This document shows, one piece after another, positions 38,410-47,404 of a DNA stretch of 64,000 nt. The position numbers and the translations under genes are program-made. The notes below the pieces were generated by a model. The model searched no databases, was not told the origin of the DNA, and saw only the letters and a list, made by a program, of their open reading frames with translations. Position 1 is the first letter of the stretch. Each line of letters opens with the position of its first letter. This stretch comes from an uncultured candidate division Zixibacteria bacterium (GTDB lineage: Bacteria > Zixibacteria > MSB-5A5 > GN15 > FEB-12): assembly GCA_963664195.1 (NCBI GenBank), contig OY760907.1, positions 3,200,001 to 3,264,000 of the forward strand. Reading direction: 5' to 3'.

Positions 38410-39165
38410 ATGCCGGCCAAATCTGTTTTCGAAATCTATGCCCGCGAATACGATCTGATGACCAATGCGGTCGCGCGCGAAAAGTATCACCAGAAGGAGG
38501 TACAGGCGTTGGTCGATCGGTTTCGTCCGCAATCAGTCCTCGATGCCGGTTGCGCTTCCGGACTCACCGCCCTGTTGTTTGCCCGACAGGGAGTCGAAAC
38601 CGTTGGATTGGATCGCTCTCGAGCAATGATAGAAGTCGCCAAAGATACCCGTGGCGACTCCTCGTTGCCCCTGAGTTTTCGGACCGGACGGTTTGAAAAA
38701 CTCCCCAAAACACTCACCAGTCGATTTGATTTGGTCGTCTGTCTTGCTAACTCGATAAGCGGTTTGGACAACATGCGCGACCTGCGAGTTGCCCTGAAGG
38801 GATTCTCGAGGGTTCTTCGCCCGGGCGGCACTCTTCTTCTACAGGCGCTCAATTATGCCTCGATCAAAGAGGGAGAGATATTCCCGATCAAGGCCACAAA
38901 CAACGACGGTATCATCTATACGCGCTACTCCCGCCGGGTTGGAAAGAGACTCGAGATCCATGTCACCAGACTCGACACCAACCAAGACCCGATGCAGTTT
39001 GAGCCGTTCTGCCATGAGTTTGACAACTTCACCGCCGACCAGGTGATAAAAACGGCAACATCGGCCGGATTTGTCAGGGTATCGAAATTCGCCGATCTCT
39101 ACTTGAAGAGAAAGTACTCGAAATCCTGCCGTGATCTGGTTCTGGTTTGCTCGAAATCGGGCTGA
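38410..39165 (+). CDS. Class I SAM-dependent methyltransferase
   Basis: VLDAGCASG, GLDRS, FDLVVCLANS, LRPGG. Confidence 0.85.
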   Translation: MPAKSVFEIYAREYDLMTNAVAREKYHQKEVQALVDRFRPQSVLDAGCASGLTALLFARQGVETVGLDRSRAMIEVAKDTRGDSSLPLSFRTGRFEKLPKTLTSRFDLVVCLANSISGLDNMRDLRVALKGFSRVLRPGGTLLLQALNYASIKEGEIFPIKATNNDGIIYTRYSRRVGKRLEIHVTRLDTNQDPMQFEPFCHEFDNFTADQVIKTATSAGFVRVSKFADLYLKRKYSKSCRDLVLVCSKSG

Positions 39166-39231
39166 TTCGTTACACTGAACCGGGAAATCGCCGATAAGCG
39201 AACAAAGGGCTATGAACACAAGGAAGCGATT

Positions 39232-39966
39232 ATGATCGGGCTGATGAGTGCGCTGGACGAGGAATTGGTTAGGTTCTGCGATAAACTGGATTCCAAGAGG
39301 ACTGAAAAACACACCGGAATCGAGTTCCATCTCGGCTCAATGGCCGGGCAGGAAGTCGTTTTACTCAAGTGCGGTGTTGGAAAAGTGAACGCCGCGGTGG
39401 CCACCCAGATTCTGATCGACAGGTACGGTGTCGACAAGATCGTCTTCACCGGCCTGGCCGGATCGCTCGTGCCCCATGTCAAGCGGGGAGATGTGGTTAT
39501 CTCCAATTTCGTAGTCCAGCACGATGTTGACCTGACCGCCTTCGGCCGTCGCCACGGCCAACTCGGCGATACACTCAGAATGATCGAATCCGACCCGAAA
39601 CTGGTCCATGCTGCCGCAGATGCCTTCGAATCAGCATTGCCGCCCTCCGATGACTCACCACGACAAATGGTTGTCGGGACTATCGCAACCGGAGACTCTT
39701 TTGTCTCGGACCCGGACAAGATTCGCTGGCTCCAACGGGAGTTTGGTGCTGTCGCCACTGAAATGGAAGGCGCCGCGGTCGGACAGGTCTGCCAGATGAA
39801 CCGGGTGCCGTTTGTGGTCATCAGGGTTGTTTCAGACGGAGCCGGTGGCGGCGCAGCCGGTGAGTTCATCATGTTTCTCGATGAGGCGTCCGAAGTTTCG
39901 TTCAAAATAGTCGACGCTCTCCTGACCGGTTTTGGTGACCGGGTTGCAGAGACAAGCCGAAGCTAG
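39232..39966 (+). CDS. mtnN: 5'-methylthioadenosine/S-adenosylhomocysteine nucleosidase
   Basis: GVGKVNAA, IATGDSF, EMEGAAVGQVC, IRVVSD. Confidence 0.92.
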   Translation: MIGLMSALDEELVRFCDKLDSKRTEKHTGIEFHLGSMAGQEVVLLKCGVGKVNAAVATQILIDRYGVDKIVFTGLAGSLVPHVKRGDVVISNFVVQHDVDLTAFGRRHGQLGDTLRMIESDPKLVHAAADAFESALPPSDDSPRQMVVGTIATGDSFVSDPDKIRWLQREFGAVATEMEGAAVGQVCQMNRVPFVVIRVVSDGAGGGAAGEFIMFLDEASEVSFKIVDALLTGFGDRVAETSRS

Positions 39967-40017
39967 CGGTAATTGAATTTGACACCAGTCCGAAAAATGA
40001 TATCTTCTGCCATTACT

Positions 40018-41544
40018 ATGTATCGAATAATCACTTACGCAGTTATCCTCCTGGCTGCGGCAGCCGGCCTCCAGGCGCAGACCGCCGCTCCGGCCCCCCC
40101 GAGTCGTCCTCTACAGCGCTCGATCTCAGCCTCAGACGCAATCGAAGACTTCCGTCCCACAGGCGAACTCAGGCTGTGGACGTTCTTTGCCAAGCAGAAG
40201 GCTTTTGGCAGACTCAAGTCTGTCGTGAAGGAATCAACCGATATCAACGGCCGGATGGCTGTGGTGTTTGAGGATGAACTCAGCATTGACTACAGTGAAT
40301 TTGGCTCTGATCGCAAAGTGGCAATATCGGGTGAGCAGTATGCCTCCACCAAGGGCGCTTACCTCGGCACCAGTTACAAGATTGGACCGGCAGATTCGGC
40401 TGAATCGCTCGAGTTGAGTCTGAAAGACAAGACCGTCGAGGGGTATTACACTCGTGGCGGCAACAAGATAGAGGCCTCAGTCGATTTCGCAGGTGACATG
40501 TTTGCCTGGGATGCAGATTTTGTTGATCAATTGGAACTCATGCTGGCAATGCGGGACATCTCGGTCGGCGACTCGATCATTGACTCTGTATTTCTGCCAC
40601 AATCTCTTGTCAAATCGAGGGTTATGGGCACCGTAGACTCCTGGGAGTGGAACCAGATATACAAAGGTCGATGGGATTCTGTATTCGTGATCAATCTGAC
40701 CTCTCCACAAAGGTATCAGCTTTGCTTTGCGGCGGACAAGCGACTTATCAAGATCAACATGCTTGATCAGAACCGTCGCGTCTATCTCGATCTCGTCCAG
40801 AAACCCAAACCGGGTGCCGTTGCTCAGCAGAGCCACTCATTCAGTGCCGCCAATCTGGTATTGGCACTGCCACATTATCTCGTCTATTTCCTTGTCGGCG
40901 CAGCAGTCGTGATGTTCCTTGCGGCGGCGGGGAGAGGCTGGCTCAATTCCTACTTGGCACTCATTGCCGGTGGTGTCTTGTTTGCGTTCGTTCCGTTCGT
41001 GCAATTGCCAATCCAGCAATGGATCGCCGAAACGTGGCTGTTTCCTGCCATGAAAGACGGAGGTTCCCTGTACGGCTTGTGGCTGGCCCCCTCGCTTGTT
41101 GCGGGGGTACTTCAGGAAGGTCTGAAACTCGGAGCGCTCGTCTTGATCCTGATGGCTCGCGGCGAAAAGGGGTACCGGTTTGCAGCTGTTGGCGCATTCC
41201 TCGGAGCCGGATTCGGTATTGCGGAGTCGTGCTACGCACTTGGGTTCACCACTACGCCGCTGTTTACCTGGGATCTGCTTGAGAGGACGTTCCTGATCGT
41301 TTTCCATACCGGCTCAGGCGCTCTGCTCGGGTACGCTCTGGATCGCGGCAGAAGTCACCTGACGATGTTCGTAATCCTGACGATCGCACTCAATACACTG
41401 TTGAGGTATTCTCCTCTGTTCGTAAGAGAACAGGCTATCGACGCCGGCCTAATGCACTTCATACAGGCGTTTCTTATAGTCGGCTTCCTGTTTCTTGTGA
41501 TTTCCGTTCTGAAGAGAAAAAACCCACAGGAAGAACCGGCCTGA
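40018..41544 (+). CDS. Membrane protein: exported N-terminal domain fused to YhfC/PrsW-like intramembrane protease domain
   Basis: Signal peptide; C-terminal TM helices with GVLQEGLK, GAGFGIAE, ERTFLIVFH. Confidence 0.65.
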   Translation: MYRIITYAVILLAAAAGLQAQTAAPAPPSRPLQRSISASDAIEDFRPTGELRLWTFFAKQKAFGRLKSVVKESTDINGRMAVVFEDELSIDYSEFGSDRKVAISGEQYASTKGAYLGTSYKIGPADSAESLELSLKDKTVEGYYTRGGNKIEASVDFAGDMFAWDADFVDQLELMLAMRDISVGDSIIDSVFLPQSLVKSRVMGTVDSWEWNQIYKGRWDSVFVINLTSPQRYQLCFAADKRLIKINMLDQNRRVYLDLVQKPKPGAVAQQSHSFSAANLVLALPHYLVYFLVGAAVVMFLAAAGRGWLNSYLALIAGGVLFAFVPFVQLPIQQWIAETWLFPAMKDGGSLYGLWLAPSLVAGVLQEGLKLGALVLILMARGEKGYRFAAVGAFLGAGFGIAESCYALGFTTTPLFTWDLLERTFLIVFHTGSGALLGYALDRGRSHLTMFVILTIALNTLLRYSPLFVREQAIDAGLMHFIQAFLIVGFLFLVISVLKRKNPQEEPA

Positions 41545-41562
41545 CGGATCCGGCTTTGAATC

Positions 41563-41591
41563 TTGACATGGTATTCGGGCCGTCTTATTAT
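41563..41591 (+). promoter_or_regulatory. Putative sigma70 promoter for the ROK kinase gene
   Basis: TTGACA-17 nt-TATTAT. Confidence 0.6.
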
Positions 41592-41667
41592 GGCGCTGTT
41601 TGTCGCAAGCGGGGACGCTCCGTTGCGGATTGGCAGAAACTGCTCTTTATCATCGGTTTGATCTAAT

Positions 41668-42636
41668 ATGTCTGACAAGCGCGCCTATGCCGGTATAGAT
41701 ATCGGTGGCACCAACATCAAATACGGTCTTGTTGATACCAGGGGGGAAGTGCTCTTCAAAGAGCAGCGCCCGACTATGGCCTCAAAAGGGGCCGAACCCC
41801 TCTTGCACCTCGTGACCAACATCGCCGAAAGCCTTCTCTACCAGGCCGCCGAGGAAGAGGTTGAGGTTCACGGCCTGGGAGTCGGTACTCCGGGCGCGGT
41901 TGACAACAAAACCGGCACTGTTATCGGACTTTCACCCAACATCGCGGGCTGGAGGGGAACCGCCATCGGCGAAACCCTGCGCAACCGCCTCAATATGCCC
42001 GTTTGGGTTGACAACGACGTCAACGCCATGGCGCTGGCCGAATCACGTTTCGGCGCTGGTGTCGGCTATAACTCTCTGGTATGCGTGGCCATTGGCACCG
42101 GTGTCGGCGGGGGCATTGTCATCGACGGCAAACTCTGGCGCGGCGGTAACCACACTGCCGGCGAAATAGGTCATCTCTCTATCGATTACGAAGGCAACGA
42201 CTGCCGATGCGGCCGAAAAGGCTGTCTTGAGACCTATTGTTCGTCTTCGGCCATACTGAAAAGGGCCAAAAAGAAACTCAACGGAAGACTCACGCCCGTG
42301 TTTGAGAATGTCCTCGAAGGCGACATCGAGAACCTTAAGATCAAAAAACTGTTTGCTGCAGTCCGAAAAGGGGACGAAATCGCCCTCGAGGTTATCAACG
42401 AGACGGCCGGCCTTCTGGCCGAAGGATTGGCGGGAGTTGTGAACCTTTTGAACCCCGAGATCGTAGTAATAGGGGGAGGGGTCGCTGACGGCGGCGGCGG
42501 GTTTGTCGAGGCGGTGTCCGCAGAGATACGCAAACGGGCTTTTGATACGGCCACGGAGAATCTTCGCGTTGCCAAAGCGACGCTCGGTAATAATGCCGGA
42601 TTTATTGGTGCCGGGATGCTCGGCGATTTTGCGTAG
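41668..42636 (+). CDS. ROK-family sugar kinase (glucokinase-like)
   Basis: GIDIGGT, DNDVNAMALAE, GTGVGGG, AGEIGH, CRCGRKGCLE. Confidence 0.92.
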   Translation: MSDKRAYAGIDIGGTNIKYGLVDTRGEVLFKEQRPTMASKGAEPLLHLVTNIAESLLYQAAEEEVEVHGLGVGTPGAVDNKTGTVIGLSPNIAGWRGTAIGETLRNRLNMPVWVDNDVNAMALAESRFGAGVGYNSLVCVAIGTGVGGGIVIDGKLWRGGNHTAGEIGHLSIDYEGNDCRCGRKGCLETYCSSSAILKRAKKKLNGRLTPVFENVLEGDIENLKIKKLFAAVRKGDEIALEVINETAGLLAEGLAGVVNLLNPEIVVIGGGVADGGGGFVEAVSAEIRKRAFDTATENLRVAKATLGNNAGFIGAGMLGDFA

Positions 42637-42650
42637 CTCGAACCCAAAGG

Positions 42651-43034
42651 ATGACCATGTCACAGTCTGAAGACCAAAAACGCTCACCATTGTTTACCGT
42701 TGCAAAATGGTACGGCTACGTGTTCGCCATCATGTTCACGCTCTACGGCGGCCTCAAAATCGTCCTCGGATTCCTCGACCGGAACACCACCGGCTGGCAG
42801 GAGTGGATGATGTTTGCGATGCTCGGCGTGGTTGTGGCGGTAATTTGCTTTGCTTTCCGCGACGGTAAAACGTGGGGATGGTACGGCATGATCGGTTTTA
42901 ACGGCCTTGTCGTGCTGCTGGCTTTGTTTGGATTGAGTCAGTCGATGAACATCATATTGTTGGTTTGTTCGCTGGGTATGATTGGTCTTTTGTTCCATCC
43001 GCAGACGAAACAAGAGATTTTCAGCCACCGCTAA
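42651..43034 (+). CDS. Small 4-TM membrane protein
   Basis: Four hydrophobic segments; co-oriented downstream of the ROK gene. Confidence 0.7.
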   Translation: MTMSQSEDQKRSPLFTVAKWYGYVFAIMFTLYGGLKIVLGFLDRNTTGWQEWMMFAMLGVVVAVICFAFRDGKTWGWYGMIGFNGLVVLLALFGLSQSMNIILLVCSLGMIGLLFHPQTKQEIFSHR

Positions 43035-43093
43035 TTATCTATTGACATCCCGCCGAATCTGCATATTTTGCCAATTCTCGATTCTAAATCGAT

Positions 43094-43166
<73 letters not shown>

Positions 43167-43216
43167 CTTTTTTTTGCCCAATTCAGCGTTTACAGCCCGC
43201 CACGCAACATCTCTTC

Positions 43217-43620
43217 GTAGGGCAGGTTTGTCTTCAAACCTGCCAGGTGCGCATTGTTCGCGGCAAAGGTCACCGCCACGAATGGCTGTCTTCAAACCTG
43301 CCGATCTCTTGTAGGGTGGAACCCTTTAGCGGTTCCGCCGGAATGAGAGTCGCCTTTGCGAACAATGGCAGAACCGCTTCGATGATGTGGAGTGATCTGT
43401 GATTTCATCTATTCGGGTTCTGCCCTACAGTTACTCCTTCGTAGGTCAGGCCTGTCTTCAGGCCTGACAGGAAAGCGAGTCTTTTCGTAGGGAAGGTCCG
43501 TCTTCGGACCTGCCATTCTCTTGTAGATCGGGGTTCCGAGTCGCGCAAACCATGCGCGGTGAGAAACCCGACATCTTCTTGGTCTCGGCAATCGCGTCAC
43601 ACTGAGCCTGTCGAAGTGTG
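43217..43620. repeat. Cluster of GTAG-type REP-like palindromes
   Basis: GTAG + hairpin units at 43217, 43311, 43441, 43487 and 43523 (+), plus one ending at 43428 (-); three share a TCTT loop with 10-bp covarying stems. Confidence 0.8.
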
Positions 43621-43658
43621 CGTCGCGCGATTGCTTCTCACGGAATTACCCAAACCCC

Positions 43659-44550
43659 TTGCTTCTCCGCCCGCCAATCCCTATCTTAAGGACAAACAAG
43701 TCGTCATTCGGGGAGGCTTTTCTGTGGTACTCTATTGTGGTTCTGCTGGTCCTGTCACCTGTTTGGGTGGTCATCTGCCACCGCAAGCGTCTGAGGATAG
43801 TGTTTGGCCATCAACGGCTCAAGGCACTGCACAACTTCTTACCAACAACCTATGGACGCAGGGCGTTTTGGCCGCGACGGTATTAGCGTTCATTCTGTTG
43901 TGGTGTTTCCGTCTTGTAGGTAGGCCATTCGACGACCAATGGATAGCGATATTTGAGCGTTGAAGGTTTCGGGTTCCTTGCCGACATCGTACTGTTTGGT
44001 GTCTTCATGACCATCCTGCAGGAACGGAGGGAGCGGAAACGCACGATTCGCGAGTATCAAAACCTACTTGTCGACTTCATCCCCTGGGAGAGCCAGGAAG
44101 GTGTGCTCCGAAAGGTCGGAATTATCAAACGGCTGAACGAAATGAGGGCACCGCTGCCTAACATGTGGAGCATTCACTTGGAGAAGGCGGATATTGAGCG
44201 TGTCGACCTCCGCAGGGCGAGCATGCGCAGCGCCAATCTTCAGAACGCTAAGCTTGGAGGAGCCGATCTTGAGGGAGCGGACCTTGCGCTTGCCCGACTG
44301 GAGGGAGCGAAGTTACAAAGCGCCATCCTGAAGGGGGCTGATCTACTTGAGGCCAAGCTGTACTCGGCCGACATGGAAGAGGCCGACCTGAGGGGACTTG
44401 GCTGATCTAGCCTTGTCCGATCTCCATGGTGCAGATTTGCTATTGACCAGACTGGAGGGGGCAAAGAACCTCACACTGTTAAACAGATAAAGCGGGCCTT
44501 CCGTTGGGAGTATGCGTTCCTCCCAAACGATCTCCAAGATGAGTTGACCT
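43659..44550 (+). pseudogene. Frameshifted membrane-anchored pentapeptide-repeat protein
   Basis: TM segments in different frames (43659-43963); A(D/N/K)Lxx repeats in 43953-44405 continue in another frame at 44401 (ADLALSDLHGADLLLTRLEGAKNL) and again as KQIKRAFRWEYAFLP. Confidence 0.7.
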
Positions 44551-44648
44551 GAACCGACGGCTGGTTACAGAGGGAAGACGACAGAGGCCGCGTCTATTGG
44601 TACAACCCCAATCGTGGCAGGTTTGAACACAAAACTGCCCTACCCAAC

Positions 44649-45089
44649 TCACCCACACCCATCGCACAATCCACACGCCTTGATCTTGTCTGTCAGCACC
44701 TCCAAGTGCACCGTCGCGACAATAGTCACGTCGTCCGGACCGTAATCGACAGACTCAATCGTCAACAATCGCGACTGCTCGTCGCTCGCATCGCCACCGA
44801 AAACCGCCAGCGCGGCCTGAAGAGAAAACAGGTGCTTCAACCGCAAATACTCCAGCACATCATCTGAGCCGTCAGTGTCCGCAACAACCGTCTCGGCGCG
44901 CAGAGCGAGCACTTCGTCAGCCGTGCGGTGCTTCACAAGCTCACGGATCAACCCGCGTCCCGCTACGCTTCCGCCACAGGTCTGCTTGGTCAGTTCATAG
45001 CCGATAACGCGGTCTTCGTGATCGAGCGTAAGGCTAAGCCGTTCTGTAACATCGGAACAGGGCATAAATGAAGGACCGCAATAATCCAC
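44649..45089 (-). CDS. Hypothetical Cys-containing protein
   Basis: 146-aa ORF with PCSD, KQTCGG and C-terminal CGLCDGCG; fills the gap between genes. Confidence 0.6.
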   Translation of the reverse strand: MDYCGPSFMPCSDVTERLSLTLDHEDRVIGYELTKQTCGGSVAGRGLIRELVKHRTADEVLALRAETVVADTDGSDDVLEYLRLKHLFSLQAALAVFGGDASDEQSRLLTIESVDYGPDDVTIVATVHLEVLTDKIKACGLCDGCG

Positions 45090-45267
45090 GAAGAGTCAAG
45101 CGATTGTTTCGTACGCAAGTCATTGCAGTCTATCGGCATTACGGCGATTGGGGTTGAAATCCGGCCCGGGATTCCTTATATTGAAGAACCAGAAGTAGTT
45201 ATTTATTGCGTTTGAGTGTGCCCCGCCGTGCAGCATCGGGCACACATAGAGTCGAGAGGAGTGACTT

Positions 45268-46476
45268 GTGATTACAGGCATGCAGGAAAAAGTACATCCT
45301 GAAAAATGGAAAATAGCATCACATGTTCTGGACCTTGAGACTTCCATTATCAGGGAGATCCTCAAGTTCTCGTCCCAACCGGGCGTTATATCTTTTGCGG
45401 GTGGTCTGCCCGCCCCCGAAATGTTCCCCCTCGATGATATCAAGCGTATTGCCGCCGAAGTCATCGATACCTACGGTCCCACCGCCGTTCAGTACGGTAT
45501 CTCTCGCGGTGTCGTGCCGTTCCGTGAGCTAATCGCACAGCGAGCCACGGATCATGGTACGCCGACCAAAGCTGATAACGTACTCATTACATCCGGTTCG
45601 CAGCAGGGTATCGAACTGCTCGCCCGCGCTTTCATTGAACCCGGTGATTACATTCTTACCGAGAACCCGACTTATGTCGGCGCTCTTCAGGCGTTCAACT
45701 ACTATCGGGCCCGGTATTGCACTGTGCCGATGGACCACGACGGTATGATTGTCGACGAAGTTGCCGCTACAATCGAAAAGTATAAGCCGAAAATGATCTA
45801 TACCGTGTCGAATTTCCAGAATCCGACCGGCGTCACGATGACCGAGGATCGTCGGAGACAGTTGATCGAGATTGCTGCCGGCTACAACATTCCGGTTATC
45901 GACGACAACCCCTACAGTGACATTCGATTCGCCGGTAAGCATTTGCCGACCATGAAGTCGTTTGGCGGCGACGAAGTCATCGCCCTGCGCACCTTCTCGA
46001 AGACGGTGGCGCCGGGGTTCCGCATCGGCTGGATGAACGGACCGGAGAAGATCATCGCGCAGTTCGAGAAAGTTAAACAGTGCGCCGACCTTCATACCAG
46101 CACCTACTCACAATATGTCATTTACGAGTTCCTGAAGCAGGGTCTGCTGGAGCCGCATATCGAGAGGATCAAGGCCGACTATCTTGCCAAACGCAACGTG
46201 ATGTTTGAGGCCATGAAAGAGCACTTTGCCTCCGGGATTACCTGGACCAAACCCGAGGGCGGTCTGTTCCTCTGGGTGACGCTTCCCGAAAGTGTGTCGG
46301 CGAAAGTGCTGTTCCCCAAGGCAATTGAACTGAAGGTCGCCTACGTTCCGGGTTATCCGTTCTTCCCGAACGGGGGAGGCGACAATACGCTGAGGCTCAA
46401 CTTCTCCAACTGCACCCACGACGGCATTCGTGAAGGTATCCAGCGTCTGGGCAAGCTCTTCAAGGAGAACATGTAG
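45268..46476 (+). CDS. PLP-dependent aminotransferase class I/II (LysN/2-aminoadipate aminotransferase-like)
   Basis: ISFAGGLPAPE, TSGSQQG, NFQNPTG, DDNPY, TFSKTVAPGFRIGW, LRLNFS. Confidence 0.88.
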   Translation: MITGMQEKVHPEKWKIASHVLDLETSIIREILKFSSQPGVISFAGGLPAPEMFPLDDIKRIAAEVIDTYGPTAVQYGISRGVVPFRELIAQRATDHGTPTKADNVLITSGSQQGIELLARAFIEPGDYILTENPTYVGALQAFNYYRARYCTVPMDHDGMIVDEVAATIEKYKPKMIYTVSNFQNPTGVTMTEDRRRQLIEIAAGYNIPVIDDNPYSDIRFAGKHLPTMKSFGGDEVIALRTFSKTVAPGFRIGWMNGPEKIIAQFEKVKQCADLHTSTYSQYVIYEFLKQGLLEPHIERIKADYLAKRNVMFEAMKEHFASGITWTKPEGGLFLWVTLPESVSAKVLFPKAIELKVAYVPGYPFFPNGGGDNTLRLNFSNCTHDGIREGIQRLGKLFKENM

Positions 46477-46498
46477 GACGCAGATAGAGCTACGAAGG

Positions 46499-46525
46499 AA
46501 AACCCGCCTTCGGGCGGGTTTTTTT
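46499..46525 (+). terminator. Rho-independent terminator
   Basis: AAAACCCGCC-TTCG-GGCGGGTTTTTTT. Confidence 0.9.
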
Positions 46526-46564
46526 ATTGCCCGCCTTTGCAGGTGAACGCTTAATAGACGCATC

Positions 46565-47404
46565 ATGAAAATAGCATTCAAGAAATACCACGCTCTTGGA
46601 AACGACTTCATCATTCCAGACATGACCACAGCTCGTGTGTCCAAGAATCGTATTCCCGAACTGGCCGGAACCATCTGCGACCGACGCTCCGGCGTTGGTG
46701 CTGATGGCATCCTCGTGCTCGGCAAAAGCAAAGCTGCCGACATCAAGCTCGATATCTTCAACGCCGACGGCAGTTGGGCCGAAAAAAGCGGCAACGGCCT
46801 GAGGATTTGTGCGGTACACATCGCCTCGTCATCTCGCAAACGCAGCTTCCTGATCGAAACCGGCACGTCTGTCGACAAGGCCCGTCTGGGCAGCAAGGTT
46901 CGCGGCGGACATATCGTCACAACTGAGCTTGGACAGCCTGAGTTTGCAGCCAAGAGAGTGCCCGTCAGATCGCGCCAGAAGTTCATCATCAACAGTCCGG
47001 TCAAAATCGGCACGGTTGAGCTTCCCATGACCTGCCTCGCAGTGGGCAATCCCCACGCGGTGATTCTCGTTGAAGACTTTGATTTCGATTGGAAAACACT
47101 CGGTGAAGAGATCGAACACGCCAAACCGTTCCCCAACGATACAAACGTAGAGTTCGTCCGTGTGCTCAGTCGCAAAAAAGTGCGTGTGGCCGAATGGGAA
47201 CGCGGCGCCGGAGCCACCGGCTCATCCGGTACCGGCGCGGGGGCGGTTGTCGCCACAATGGTCACGCTCGGCCTTGTCGATCGGGTCTGCGAAGTACAGT
47301 TCGATCTCGGCTCGCTCATAGTCGAATGGAGGACGACAGACGACGTCCTCGAATTGACCGGCCCGGTGCAGTTCGTCATGGAAGGAGTATTTGATTTCCG
47401 ATGA
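46565..47404 (+). CDS. dapF: Diaminopimelate epimerase-family protein (Ser/Ser active-site variant)
   Basis: KYHALGNDF, GVGADG, FNADGS.AEKSGNG, VGNPHAV, NVEF, WERGAG.T.SSGTG. Confidence 0.8.
   Translation: MKIAFKKYHALGNDFIIPDMTTARVSKNRIPELAGTICDRRSGVGADGILVLGKSKAADIKLDIFNADGSWAEKSGNGLRICAVHIASSSRKRSFLIETGTSVDKARLGSKVRGGHIVTTELGQPEFAAKRVPVRSRQKFIINSPVKIGTVELPMTCLAVGNPHAVILVEDFDFDWKTLGEEIEHAKPFPNDTNVEFVRVLSRKKVRVAEWERGAGATGSSGTGAGAVVATMVTLGLVDRVCEVQFDLGSLIVEWRTTDDVLELTGPVQFVMEGVFDFR

Noticed and set aside
43217..43620. CRISPR array
   Set aside because: The units differ in sequence, spacing and orientation, and there are no cas genes; the pattern fits REP-like palindromes.
46477..47400. trp attenuator or leader peptide
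   Set aside because: trpE directly overlaps the dapF-like gene, and no Trp-rich leader ORF or T-box was seen upstream.
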